A stretch of 64,000 nt of DNA, taken from assembly GCA_947166565.1 (NCBI GenBank), contig CAMVEL010000007.1, positions 7,323 through 71,322 of the forward strand, read 5' to 3'. The DNA comes from an uncultured Erysipelotrichaceae bacterium. Its GTDB lineage: Bacteria > Bacillota_I > Bacilli_A > RFN20 > CAG-826. A program made the position numbers and the translations under genes. Below the pieces are notes generated by a model. That model saw nothing but the letters and a program-made list of their open reading frames with translations, was not told the DNA's origin and made no database searches. Positions 31,597 through 41,169 of the stretch are shown here, one piece after another. Each line of letters begins with the position of its first letter. Position 1 is the stretch's first letter.

Positions 31597-33153
31597 ATGA
31601 AAAACAATGACGATTTGGTTTTGACGATAGATTTCGGGACGCAGTCGGTGCGTGTTTCCATTTTCGATAGTCATGGAAATGTTTTGGCTCAGGAAAAGCA
31701 ACATTACGAAAAACCCTATTTTTCGACCAAGCCTGGCTATGCCGAACAATACCCAAACGTCTATTTCGATAAAATGGCCGAGGCAAGCAAGCGGATAATA
31801 TCCGAACATTCTGAGCTTGTAAAAAAAATTAAAGGTCTTTCCATGACTTGCTTCCGCGATACCGCGGTCTATCTTGATAAAAACAGGAACATCATCCGCC
31901 CAACCATCCTTTGGCTTGACCAACGTTATGCCAAATGCGAGAAAAAGCTCCCTCTCCTCTCCAGGGCCGCCTTTAAGTTGGTGGGCATGGATGAGGTAAT
32001 TAGAATGAACCGTCGCAGAACGGCGATGAACTGGATCAAGGAAAACGAACCGGAGAACTTTGAAAAAATTGATAAGTATGTGGCGATTTCCACATATTTC
32101 ATTTACCGTCTAACCGGAAATCTAAAGGATTCCGCGTCTGATTACACGGGCCATTACCCAATAGATTTCAAAAAAGGACAATTCTACAAAAAGCCCGAAA
32201 AACACCTACAGGGTCAAATATTTTCCATAAAAAAGGGACAACTGTGCGAGCTCGTTCCGGGTTTATCACTATTAGGGAATGTTACCGAAGAAGCTTCCAG
32301 ATTAACCGGAATCCCGGCAGGGCTACCGATGTATGCCGCTGGTAGCGACAAGGCTTGCGAAACCTTGGGGTCTGGGGTTATTGATGAGACTTCTCTTGCC
32401 GTATCCCTAGGTACCGCCTGCACCATTGAGACGACGATGGAGCGCTATGTGGGGCCGGATAAGTTCCTTCCCGCTTATCCGTTTGTTTTGCCAAACCACT
32501 TCAATATGGATTTCCAAATCTACCGTGGATTTTGGATGATCAATTGGTTCCTTAAGGAATTTGGGGCCCAAACGATAGCCGATTTGATGGCGGAGGAGCA
32601 AGGGGACCCAACTAGGTTTAACGAAGGTCTTAAATCGGTTCCCCCTGGTTCCGATGGTCTTTTGCTTCAGCCATATTGGGGCTCCCAATTGGATAGGCCC
32701 CTTGTCAAAGGCGCGATTGTCGGGTTCTCCGATTCCACGACCCAGATGCACTTCTACCGTTCCTTAATCGAAGGCATTGCCTTTGAACTTAGGGGAGCGA
32801 AAGAAAGATTTGAGAAAAACCTCAAGCACCCATTCGATAAAATCCATATCGCTGGAGGTGGCGCCGTTTCGGACGAAGTGTGCCAAATTATGGCGGACAT
32901 CCTCTATTTGCCGGTCTCTAGAGCCCAAACGATTGAAACCTCTTCTTTAGGTGCGGCCATGTCCGCTTATATCGCCATGGGAACATATACCGTTAAAGAA
33001 GCCAAGGAAAATATGCTTAGGGAAACCAAGACCTTCGAACCAAACCCCGAAAATAAAAAGACGTATGACGACCTCTACCAAAACGCTTATTCCAAGCTTT
33101 ACAGTAGTTTGTCGGACATCTACGCCTTCTTGTTCAAGTTCAACGATAAATAA
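31597..33153 (+). CDS. FGGY-family carbohydrate kinase
   Basis: Start chosen at ATG 31597 (MKNNDDLVLTIDFGTQSVRV), which gives the usual short N-terminus before the phosphate-1 motif. The C-terminal FGGY motif (HIAGGGAVSDEVCQIMADIL) is present. Confidence 0.8.
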   Translation: MKNNDDLVLTIDFGTQSVRVSIFDSHGNVLAQEKQHYEKPYFSTKPGYAEQYPNVYFDKMAEASKRIISEHSELVKKIKGLSMTCFRDTAVYLDKNRNIIRPTILWLDQRYAKCEKKLPLLSRAAFKLVGMDEVIRMNRRRTAMNWIKENEPENFEKIDKYVAISTYFIYRLTGNLKDSASDYTGHYPIDFKKGQFYKKPEKHLQGQIFSIKKGQLCELVPGLSLLGNVTEEASRLTGIPAGLPMYAAGSDKACETLGSGVIDETSLAVSLGTACTIETTMERYVGPDKFLPAYPFVLPNHFNMDFQIYRGFWMINWFLKEFGAQTIADLMAEEQGDPTRFNEGLKSVPPGSDGLLLQPYWGSQLDRPLVKGAIVGFSDSTTQMHFYRSLIEGIAFELRGAKERFEKNLKHPFDKIHIAGGGAVSDEVCQIMADILYLPVSRAQTIETSSLGAAMSAYIAMGTYTVKEAKENMLRETKTFEPNPENKKTYDDLYQNAYSKLYSSLSDIYAFLFKFNDK

Positions 33154-33765
33154 TTAGTCGATTCTTTCGCCGACTAAAGCCATTCCAAGAATCACGTCGC
33201 TAGAAACGACCGGAGATTTTTTGCCGTCGTTGACCAACCTTAGAAAGTTGTTCGCGATGATGTCGGTTAGGCCCAACGCGATTTCCTTTGGATCTCCTGG
33301 GATGATTTTCTTCTCTTTTTGTCCTTGCTCAATAAGAACGCAGACGGTTTCGTAGAGGTTATTTTCCGAAATAAATGGAATTATGGTTTCGGGAACGTCC
33401 TCGATTTGGCTTGTTTGGCAAGCAAGCCAAGCGGTGTTGAAGACGCTTGGTCCGGCGGTCCACACGCTATTGAAGAAAGAGAGGAGGACTTTAAGCCCTG
33501 CTACTCCTTTGGCCTCAAGGGCTTTATGGCATGGGGCGTAATAAGAGGAAGGGACGATTATTTCGTCAACGATGGCGGCGAGAATCTCCGCTTTGTTATC
33601 GAAATAATGGTAGAAGAGTCCATGGGAGCATCGGGCGTCTTTGGTGATATCATCAACCGAGGCCTCGTTGTAACCCTTGGTGGCAAACACGCGGATTGCG
33701 GCACGAATTATCTTGGCACGACGACGGTCTTTGATTTGCTGATTCTGTTCATCTGTACGTGGCAT
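33154..33765 (-). CDS. TetR/AcrR-family transcriptional regulator
   Basis: ATG 33765 has AAAGGAA 7-8 nt upstream. The N-terminal HTH is IIRAAIRVFATKGYNEASVDDITKDARCSHGLFYHYF. Its stop codon abuts the stop of the convergent FGGY kinase gene. Confidence 0.8.
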   Translation of the reverse strand: MPRTDEQNQQIKDRRRAKIIRAAIRVFATKGYNEASVDDITKDARCSHGLFYHYFDNKAEILAAIVDEIIVPSSYYAPCHKALEAKGVAGLKVLLSFFNSVWTAGPSVFNTAWLACQTSQIEDVPETIIPFISENNLYETVCVLIEQGQKEKKIIPGDPKEIALGLTDIIANNFLRLVNDGKKSPVVSSDVILGMALVGERID

Positions 33766-33834
33766 GGTTGTTCCTTTTCTTGAAGTCAATCAAAACAGTG
33801 CACCGAAAAATATAAAGGGTTTTATTTTTTTATC

Positions 33835-33861
33835 AACAATAAAATGGTTGTTTTTATTGTT
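33835..33861. promoter_or_regulatory. 10-bp inverted repeat upstream of tetR (candidate operator, or weak terminator of the DUF368 gene)
   Basis: AACAATAAAA-tggttgt-TTTTATTGTT. Confidence 0.3.
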
Positions 33862-33901
33862 ATTGTGCGCAACATACTATTCTTTGGGAAAACGGAAGGT
33901 C

Positions 33902-34885
33902 TCAATGGTTGGCTTCGGATTCGATTTCCTTTTCTTCCGGAGTCTGTTTCTTTAGGGTTTTGGACACAAGGAAAAGTGTCAACGCTCCGATAACGACAAA
34001 GAGTATTCCGCCGACAAGCCAGTGCCACCACTGATTTGTGACGGGGTTGAAATAGGCATCCCAGATTTGGTTGTTGATAAACATCGCCACAAGCGATCCA
34101 AGGACAAAGCCCAAAACGATGTTGAAGGTCGTATCATGAAATTTGGCGATAACCCGCTTCATTAATAATGAAGCCAAGACGATTCCGACGATGATACCGA
34201 CTAGCAAGCACGCGGTAAGGATCAAGCCGGTTCCAAGCCTGCTATGGTCACGAATCATGGACGCATCGCCCATATAAAGGTTGAGGACGGGTTGATAAAG
34301 GCCGAAGATGAAGAGAATCATTGCCCCGGAAATGCCGGGAATTATGCAAGCCCCCATCGCGATTAAGCCAATGACGATGGTCAAAGGATAAATCCAAACG
34401 TTTTCGTTTGGGGAAAGGAAGGCCGCTTCGATATCGAACCAGTTATAGATCTTAGAAAGAACGGAGAGCAAACCGATTCCAGCGGCAATCAGGAAGCCTA
34501 ATGCTATTAAGGCGAAATCCTTTATCCCAAGCGTGTGCGAGCGCACTTCCTTCAAGATGACCGGTAATCCACCAACGGTAAAACCGGCGCAGACCAAAAC
34601 GATTATGAATGGAACCTTATCCCAGGACAAATGCTCCAAATAGAGCAAGGCAATGCCCGCGATTAACCACCCAAGCATAATCGGTAGGAGAATCAAAATG
34701 GATTTCCAAAATTGCTTTCTTAGGGTGCTAACTCCCCCGATTAATTTGTCGTAAATACCAACCGTAATTCCGATTGTTCCGGCGCTAACACCAGGCAATA
34801 ATCCGATTCCTAGTGCGCCGCCTTTAATAAAATCTAATAACCAATTTTTAATTTTCATGGCAGGAAGCATAACACTAAAAGCCAT
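33902..34885 (-). CDS. DUF368-family membrane protein (family proposed as a polyprenyl-phosphate transporter)
   Basis: Polytopic protein with the duplicated signature PGVSAGTIGITVGIYDKL / IPGISGAMILFIFGLYQPV. The start is uncertain (34885, 34870 or 34858). Confidence 0.7.
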   Translation of the reverse strand: MAFSVMLPAMKIKNWLLDFIKGGALGIGLLPGVSAGTIGITVGIYDKLIGGVSTLRKQFWKSILILLPIMLGWLIAGIALLYLEHLSWDKVPFIIVLVCAGFTVGGLPVILKEVRSHTLGIKDFALIALGFLIAAGIGLLSVLSKIYNWFDIEAAFLSPNENVWIYPLTIVIGLIAMGACIIPGISGAMILFIFGLYQPVLNLYMGDASMIRDHSRLGTGLILTACLLVGIIVGIVLASLLMKRVIAKFHDTTFNIVLGFVLGSLVAMFINNQIWDAYFNPVTNQWWHWLVGGILFVVIGALTLFLVSKTLKKQTPEEKEIESEANH

Positions 34886-34917
34886 AAAGCGGTAGTTTGT
34901 GATACACTTTCCACGCT

Positions 34918-35460
34918 ATGAAAACAATTGTCCTTTATGAATCAAAATATGGCTCAACCGAGCAATACGCCAAAGACATCGCCAAAGCCGTTAACGCGGA
35001 ATGTATGCCTTTGAAGAAATTCCGTTTCAAAAACATCGAAGATTATGACACCGTCGTTTTTGGTGGATGGGTTAGAGGCGGGGTAATCCGCGGGATCGAT
35101 CAATTCCTCTCCCATTATGACGAGATGGAGAATAAAAACGTTATCGTTTTCGCGGCTGGCATGGCTATGTCCAATCCAGATACCCGTGCTTTATTGATTT
35201 CATCTAACTTGCTCGATATGTATCACATCAGGTTCTATCAGATGCAGGGCAAGTTTGATTATAGCAAGCTCAACCCTATTGAGAAGATGATGATCAAGGC
35301 CTCCATCACCCGTATGGAAAACGATCCAAACCTCGGTGATTTCGAAAAGGCAAACCTAAGCAGGATAATGGACACCCCAATCACCGGTTACGATGAGGAT
35401 TCGGTTCAAAAAGTGATACGTGTCCTCAATAAAATTTCGTTAGAGACCCCTCAAGCATGA
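34918..35460 (+). CDS. Flavodoxin-domain protein
   Basis: 180 aa with an N-terminal flavodoxin-like FMN loop (IVLYESKYGSTEQYAKDIA). Confidence 0.65.
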   Translation: MKTIVLYESKYGSTEQYAKDIAKAVNAECMPLKKFRFKNIEDYDTVVFGGWVRGGVIRGIDQFLSHYDEMENKNVIVFAAGMAMSNPDTRALLISSNLLDMYHIRFYQMQGKFDYSKLNPIEKMMIKASITRMENDPNLGDFEKANLSRIMDTPITGYDEDSVQKVIRVLNKISLETPQA

Positions 35461-36020
35461 AATTAATCGTCGGTTTAGGAAACATAGGTAAGAAATATGA
35501 GCACACCCGTCATAATATGGGTTTCGATGCTCTAGATGCCTTTGCCGAAATGGCAGGCGTCGATTTCGATCGTGAAAATTTCAAAGGAACCTACGGAATA
35601 TTGAAAAAGGAACCGTTCCCGGAACCCGTTATGCTTCTTAAACCATCGACTCTGATGAATTTGTCTGGCGAGTCCGTCAGGGCCGCGGTCGATTATTTCA
35701 AAATCGACATTGCCGATATTCTTGTCATCTATGATGATATGGACATCCCCGAAGGGAAAATCAGGCTTCGCCCAGATGGATCTGCCGGTTCCCATAATGG
35801 CATGAAAAACATCATCCTGCACCTTGGAACCGATGCTTTCAAACGATTGAGAATCGGAATCGGGGAACCCGCCTTCTCAGGAATCGATTATGTGTTAGGG
35901 AAACCTACCAAAGAAGGGCAAGAGAAGATAGATGAAGCCATAAAAGAAGCGACCCATGCTATCAAAGATTACCTTCTTAACGGTTGGGATTACGCGATGA
36001 ATCACCACAACAAGAAATAG
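35457..36020 (+). CDS. pth: Peptidyl-tRNA hydrolase
   Basis: 187 aa (LIVGLGNIGKKYEHTRHNMGF, GSHNGMKNI). Confidence 0.93.
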   Translation: MKLIVGLGNIGKKYEHTRHNMGFDALDAFAEMAGVDFDRENFKGTYGILKKEPFPEPVMLLKPSTLMNLSGESVRAAVDYFKIDIADILVIYDDMDIPEGKIRLRPDGSAGSHNGMKNIILHLGTDAFKRLRIGIGEPAFSGIDYVLGKPTKEGQEKIDEAIKEATHAIKDYLLNGWDYAMNHHNKK

Positions 36021-36105
36021 GAGGGAAAAACCAACGGACTTACTTGGAGAGATAATTAGACTTCCAATTACCTCCCCCTATCGAAAAGGAAAGGGGCGTT
36101 TTCTC

Positions 36106-39100
36106 GTGGAGGAAAACCTCGGATGCCCCCTCCTTGTGGCCTCATTGTTCGCCAAAAGAAAAGAGAATTTCGCGATTGTTTCCAACAACCAATATTCAGC
36201 ACAGAGGACGTATGAATTTCTTTTGAATTTCTTTTCGGAAGACGAAGTCGTTTTCTTCCCTTCCGACGAGCTCCTTAGAGCGGAATCTTTAGCTTCATCC
36301 AGAGAACTTCTTTCCCAAAGGCTTTATGCGATGGGAAAACTCGTAACCGAAGGCCCCCATATATTGGTTACCCATCCTTCCGCTTTGTTAAGGTTCCTGC
36401 CGGAGAAGAAAAGATTCATTGAGGAATGCCGTCAAATCCATGTAGGGGATGAAATAGATTTAAAAACGATTAAATCCCAACTCGTGGAGATGGGCTATGA
36501 GTCGGTGAATAAAATTGAGCACTCTCTTCAGTTTGCTTCGAGGGGCGATATCCTTGATATCTACTCCGTTAATTACCTCTCCCCTATACGAATCGAGTTT
36601 TTTGGCGATGAAGTTGAATCGATCCGCCTTTTCGATGTTTCCACCCAAGAATCTAAATCGACTTTAAAGGAATGCCTGATTCTCCCGGCGACCGATATAT
36701 TCCTCAATGACGACGAAACGACAAATTTTGCTATTAAATTAAAGAAGCAAATCGATTTGGATAGCGAAAGGCTAGGCCCCGTCTTGGGCGAAAAGGAAAG
36801 AGAATCCTGCATGGCGGATCTCGAGTATTTCATTTCCAAAAACTATAAGCAAAACCTCTACAAGTATTTTGGGTTCGCCTTAGGAAAATCTAATTCGATC
36901 ATCTCTTATTTCGACCCCGAGGTCATATACGTTGCTAACGGTGACCAATTCAAGGAATCGACAACAAACCTGAACTTCGAAGCCCATAGCTACCTTGGTG
37001 AATATCATGAGGAAGGATTGACTTGTTCGGGCCTTGAACAATACATGACTCCTTCAGAAGCTTTTGGAAGCAGGAAGGTCGTGGCATCAAGGCCGTTTTC
37101 AACCTATCCCGATACCCAAATATTTAACGTCCACAAGATCGCGATCGTTGGGAGAAACATGGCTTCGATCGTCCCCACGATCCAAAGTTATCTTAGGCAA
37201 AACGACCATGTGGTTTTGGCTCTTTCCGAACCCCAGCAAAGAAAGACAATCATCTCTTTTTTGAACGATGCATCGATACCCTTCGAAGAAGTGAAAAACC
37301 TTGCAATTCCCAAAGAAAAACTTGGGATTTGCACGGTTTCTTTATCCGAAGGATTTGAAATTCCTGCGTTAAAATTAGCCTACCTTTCATCTAACGAACT
37401 GTTTGGTAAAAGGAGTGTCAGCTCACGTTTTACGACGAGGTTCAAAGAGGCCACAATCCTTAAATCATACGAAGACTTGAAACCCGGCGATTACGTCGTC
37501 CATGAATATAACGGCATCGGTCAGTTTATTGATGTTACAACTATCCTTGACGAAGGCATCCATAGGGACTTCCTCCAAATTGCCTATGCCGGAGGAGAGT
37601 ATCTTTACGTTCCCTTAGAACAATTTAGGTTGGTTCGTAAATATTCCGGTAGGGAAGGGGCCGCCCCTAAGCTTTCCCGCCTTTCGGGATCCGATTGGAA
37701 GAAACGCAAAGAAGGAATCAAAAAGAAGATCGACGATTTGGCCGATAGGTTGATAGCTTTGTATGGAACTAGGGCCAAAGAAGGCGGATTTGCCTTCCCT
37801 AAAGACGATGAATTCCAACGCCAATTCGAGGAAGAGTTCCCCTATGAATTGACCCGCGATCAAAAAGAAGCCCTTGTTGATATCAAGAGGGATATGGAAT
37901 CCCCCGAAGCCATGGATCGGCTTGTCTGCGGAGACGTTGGGTTCGGAAAAACGGAAGTGGCCTTCTGCGCCGCATTCAAAGCGATATCCGCGGGGAAGCA
38001 AGTTGCTATGCTTGCTCCAACTACTCTACTTGCTAGGCAACATTATGATGTAGCCATCGGGAGGTTTGCGACTTTTGGAGTAAAGATTGCTCTTTTCTCC
38101 AGAATGGTCTCTCCTGCCGAGCAAAAAGAGGCAATCGAAAAACTAAAGAACGGCCAAATCGATTTGGCCATTGGAACCCACCGTCTTTTATCTAAGGAAA
38201 TAGCCTTCAAAGACCTTGGTTTATTGATAGTCGATGAAGAGCAAAGGTTCGGCGTCGAGCAGAAAGAAAGAATCAAGGAAATTAAAAATCAGGTGGATGT
38301 CCTCACTCTTTCCGCCACTCCAATACCTAGAACATTGCAAATGTCTTTAGCGGGGATCCGCCCAATCTCGGAGATCAATTCCCCTCCTCAAGATCGCATG
38401 CCTATCGAAACGCACGTCGTCCCTTTCAAGGAATCCGTCGCCGATGAACTAATCCAAAGGGAGCTATCCAGGGGCGGACAGGTTTTCTATCTCCATAATA
38501 GGGTGGATAGCATCTTCGCGGTTGCCTCGAAGATGGCAAGACGCATTCAAGGCGCTTCCATCGGGGTGGTCCATGGACAAATGGAAAAAGAACAAATCGA
38601 AGACACCATGGAGAAGTTTTATGAGGGAGAAATCAATATATTGATTTGTACGTCCATCGTCGAAAATGGAATCGATGTTCCTAACGCGAATATGATTATC
38701 GTCGAAAACGCTTCTATCTTTGGGCTATCACAGCTTTATCAAATAAAGGGCCGCGTTGGCCGCGGCAACCGCATAGCCTATGCGTATTTGATGTATCCCC
38801 AAGGGAAAAACATGAACGAAAACGCGAGAAAACGTCTTTCCGCCATCCAGGAATTTACCGAATTAGGATCGGGATACAAAATTGCGCAACGCGATTTGAT
38901 GATTAGAGGCGCCGGCGACATTTTGGGTTCTGAGCAAGCCGGCTTTATCGATTCCATTGGTTTGGACCTTTACTTGAAGCTACTAGACGAAGCGGTTGCG
39001 AGCAAGAAGAGCGGTATATTGCCTCCGGAAGTTAAACCAAATCGCTTATTCCGATTGGATGCTTATATCCCAAAACAATACGCCTCCAAGTCAGATAAGA

Positions 39101-39501
39101 TTCAGCTTTACCAAGAATTGGAAGAGATTAAGACAATGGAACAATTGGGTTCTTTCCAGAAAAAGATGAAGGACATATATGGAAAATTGCCCGAGGAAGT
39201 CGTTTTGCTCATTACCAAAAAACGCATCGATATCCTTGGCGAAAAAGAGGAATTCGAATCCTTGGAAGAATATGATGACCGCGTCGTCATCTCCCTTTCC
39301 GACCACTTCTCGAGGATTGATGGAATCGGGAATGATCTTTTCAATTTGGTGGTTCCGTATCTTTCCTTCATCCGAGCGGGTTTTTCGGGAAAGAAATTAT
39401 CGATAACGGTTAAGAAGGTCAACGACGATTGGATCAACGATTTGGAAAAAGTCATGAAGGCCGTCGATAAGGCCTATCTAAACAGGACCAAAGCAAATTA
39501 G
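36106..39501 (+). CDS. mfd: Transcription-repair coupling factor
   Basis: 1131 aa with an RNAP-interacting domain, SF2 helicase motifs (GDVGFGKTEVA, DEEQRFG) and a TRG motif. The only canonical start is GTG 36106. The frame is open back to 36001, so the N-terminus is uncertain. Confidence 0.92.
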   Translation: MEENLGCPLLVASLFAKRKENFAIVSNNQYSAQRTYEFLLNFFSEDEVVFFPSDELLRAESLASSRELLSQRLYAMGKLVTEGPHILVTHPSALLRFLPEKKRFIEECRQIHVGDEIDLKTIKSQLVEMGYESVNKIEHSLQFASRGDILDIYSVNYLSPIRIEFFGDEVESIRLFDVSTQESKSTLKECLILPATDIFLNDDETTNFAIKLKKQIDLDSERLGPVLGEKERESCMADLEYFISKNYKQNLYKYFGFALGKSNSIISYFDPEVIYVANGDQFKESTTNLNFEAHSYLGEYHEEGLTCSGLEQYMTPSEAFGSRKVVASRPFSTYPDTQIFNVHKIAIVGRNMASIVPTIQSYLRQNDHVVLALSEPQQRKTIISFLNDASIPFEEVKNLAIPKEKLGICTVSLSEGFEIPALKLAYLSSNELFGKRSVSSRFTTRFKEATILKSYEDLKPGDYVVHEYNGIGQFIDVTTILDEGIHRDFLQIAYAGGEYLYVPLEQFRLVRKYSGREGAAPKLSRLSGSDWKKRKEGIKKKIDDLADRLIALYGTRAKEGGFAFPKDDEFQRQFEEEFPYELTRDQKEALVDIKRDMESPEAMDRLVCGDVGFGKTEVAFCAAFKAISAGKQVAMLAPTTLLARQHYDVAIGRFATFGVKIALFSRMVSPAEQKEAIEKLKNGQIDLAIGTHRLLSKEIAFKDLGLLIVDEEQRFGVEQKERIKEIKNQVDVLTLSATPIPRTLQMSLAGIRPISEINSPPQDRMPIETHVVPFKESVADELIQRELSRGGQVFYLHNRVDSIFAVASKMARRIQGASIGVVHGQMEKEQIEDTMEKFYEGEINILICTSIVENGIDVPNANMIIVENASIFGLSQLYQIKGRVGRGNRIAYAYLMYPQGKNMNENARKRLSAIQEFTELGSGYKIAQRDLMIRGAGDILGSEQAGFIDSIGLDLYLKLLDEAVASKKSGILPPEVKPNRLFRLDAYIPKQYASKSDKIQLYQELEEIKTMEQLGSFQKKMKDIYGKLPEEVVLLITKKRIDILGEKEEFESLEEYDDRVVISLSDHFSRIDGIGNDLFNLVVPYLSFIRAGFSGKKLSITVKKVNDDWINDLEKVMKAVDKAYLNRTKAN

Positions 39502-39569
39502 AAGCAAAATGTGCAAAATTCGATATACTAATCACATACCCTTAAAAGGGAATGTGGTAGAATTTGGCC

Positions 39570-39824
39570 ATGAGGATTGATAAATTCTTAAAAGTCAGCC
39601 GCCTCATTAAGAGGCGCGAAGTCGCAAAAGAGCTTTGCGATGGAGGCTTTATAGAGGTGAATGGGAAAACGGCAAAACCGTCCTCGGAAGTTAATCCGGG
39701 CGATCTTCTAACTTTGCACTTAGGCAGAAGAACGTTGACGGTTAAGATTAACGAAGTCCGCCCGTTTGCCAACAAAGATCAAGCCGATTCACTATATGAA
39801 GTCGTCAATGACTCAGTTAACTAG
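39570..39824 (+). CDS. rqcP: S4-domain protein RqcP/YabO (ribosome quality control)
   Basis: MRIDKFLKVSRLIKRREVAKE closely follows the B. subtilis YabO pattern. The gene sits downstream of mfd. The ATG lies 6 nt after TGgTAGAAT and has no SD. Confidence 0.8.
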   Translation: MRIDKFLKVSRLIKRREVAKELCDGGFIEVNGKTAKPSSEVNPGDLLTLHLGRRTLTVKINEVRPFANKDQADSLYEVVNDSVN

Positions 39825-39835
39825 GAGGAACAACC

Positions 39836-41092
39836 ATGTTAGATCACAAATTCGATAAGAAAGCCACCTACCTCTTATCTGGAACCTTTGGCCCGGATTC
39901 AATGGCTTTGCTCGACATGCTCCGCAAAGAAGGCGTTACCTTCGTTGTTTGTTGCGTCAACTACCACAAATTCGATGCCTCCAATGATGACTTCAATCGC
40001 CTAAAGGATTATTGCGCAGAAAAGGAAATCCCTTTCGAAGGCTTTGATACCGATGGTCTTCCCGCCGCTTCCCAAATGAAGGAAAACGAAACCTTCAACG
40101 ATTGGGCGAGGCGCGTCCGTTATTCTTTCTTCAAAACCATTTACGATAAATATAATGCCGCGGCCCTTCTTATCGCCCACCAACAGGACGATTTGATCGA
40201 AACCTACCTCACCCAAAAAAGAGGCGATGGCAAAGTCGCCCATTATGGTCTAGCCCGTTCTGCGACCGTTGATGGGATGATCGTCCTTCGCCCGCTTCTT
40301 GATTTCTCCCATGAGGACCTAATCGACTATAACCATGAGAACCGTGTCCCCTTTTCCGCGTCAAACGATAATTTCCAAAACCAGTTTACCCGTTCGCCTA
40401 TTCGCCGCGAAATCGCCGCGATGAGTGAAATCGACCGTGAACGTATTCTCCAGGAAATGAGGGAGGAGAACGACGAAACCGAAAGGTTGACCGAAGCCAT
40501 CAACAAAAAGATCGATAGCGGAGAGGAATTAGAAATCCGCGCCTTGATCGCTCTTCCATATGATGAATTCGTCTCTACTTTGATGCGCTTTGTCTCTAAT
40601 GCGGATACCCCTGTCCACTTAACCGTTTCGAAGATTCAGGAAATCCGCAAATTCTGCCTTGCTCCTCAGCCAAACCTCTCCATGAAAGTGGCCGAAGGGG
40701 TTTATATCATCAAGGAATATGATGTTCTTACGATTGGTAGGAATTTCGACAAACTTCCATACACGTATCACTTAGATGCCCCTGGAATCTTGAAAACCGA
40801 GAATTTCGATATCGACTTTACGATGGGTGCGGAAGACCGTGGAATTCATGCGGAAGATTATCCTCTCACCATCAGAACCGCACTTCCTTCGGATACTTAT
40901 GAAGTCCATGGGTATCTATATACCGTCAGATCGCTTTTCTCCAATTGGAACATGCCAGTTCGTTTGCGTTATATTTGGCCGGTTTTCGCGAACAAAGACG
41001 GGAAAATCATCTATGTGCCACGTTACCGCATCAACTTCAGGGAATATCACACTTCCATTTTGACGATGCATTTGAAAGAGGAAGAAAAATAG
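39836..41092 (+). CDS. tilS: tRNA(Ile)-lysidine synthetase with an atypical PP-loop
   Basis: 418 aa, located before ftsH as in Bacillus. The PP-loop region reads LSGTFGPDSMALLDML instead of SGGxDS. AGGAGG SD. Confidence 0.8.
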   Translation: MLDHKFDKKATYLLSGTFGPDSMALLDMLRKEGVTFVVCCVNYHKFDASNDDFNRLKDYCAEKEIPFEGFDTDGLPAASQMKENETFNDWARRVRYSFFKTIYDKYNAAALLIAHQQDDLIETYLTQKRGDGKVAHYGLARSATVDGMIVLRPLLDFSHEDLIDYNHENRVPFSASNDNFQNQFTRSPIRREIAAMSEIDRERILQEMREENDETERLTEAINKKIDSGEELEIRALIALPYDEFVSTLMRFVSNADTPVHLTVSKIQEIRKFCLAPQPNLSMKVAEGVYIIKEYDVLTIGRNFDKLPYTYHLDAPGILKTENFDIDFTMGAEDRGIHAEDYPLTIRTALPSDTYEVHGYLYTVRSLFSNWNMPVRLRYIWPVFANKDGKIIYVPRYRINFREYHTSILTMHLKEEEK

Positions 41093-41169
41093 AAAGACAA
41101 AACTTGTCTTTGCCGTATAATGGCCGAGCATCGACATTTTTAGAAACAGTTTAGAAAGGAGGATCATGT

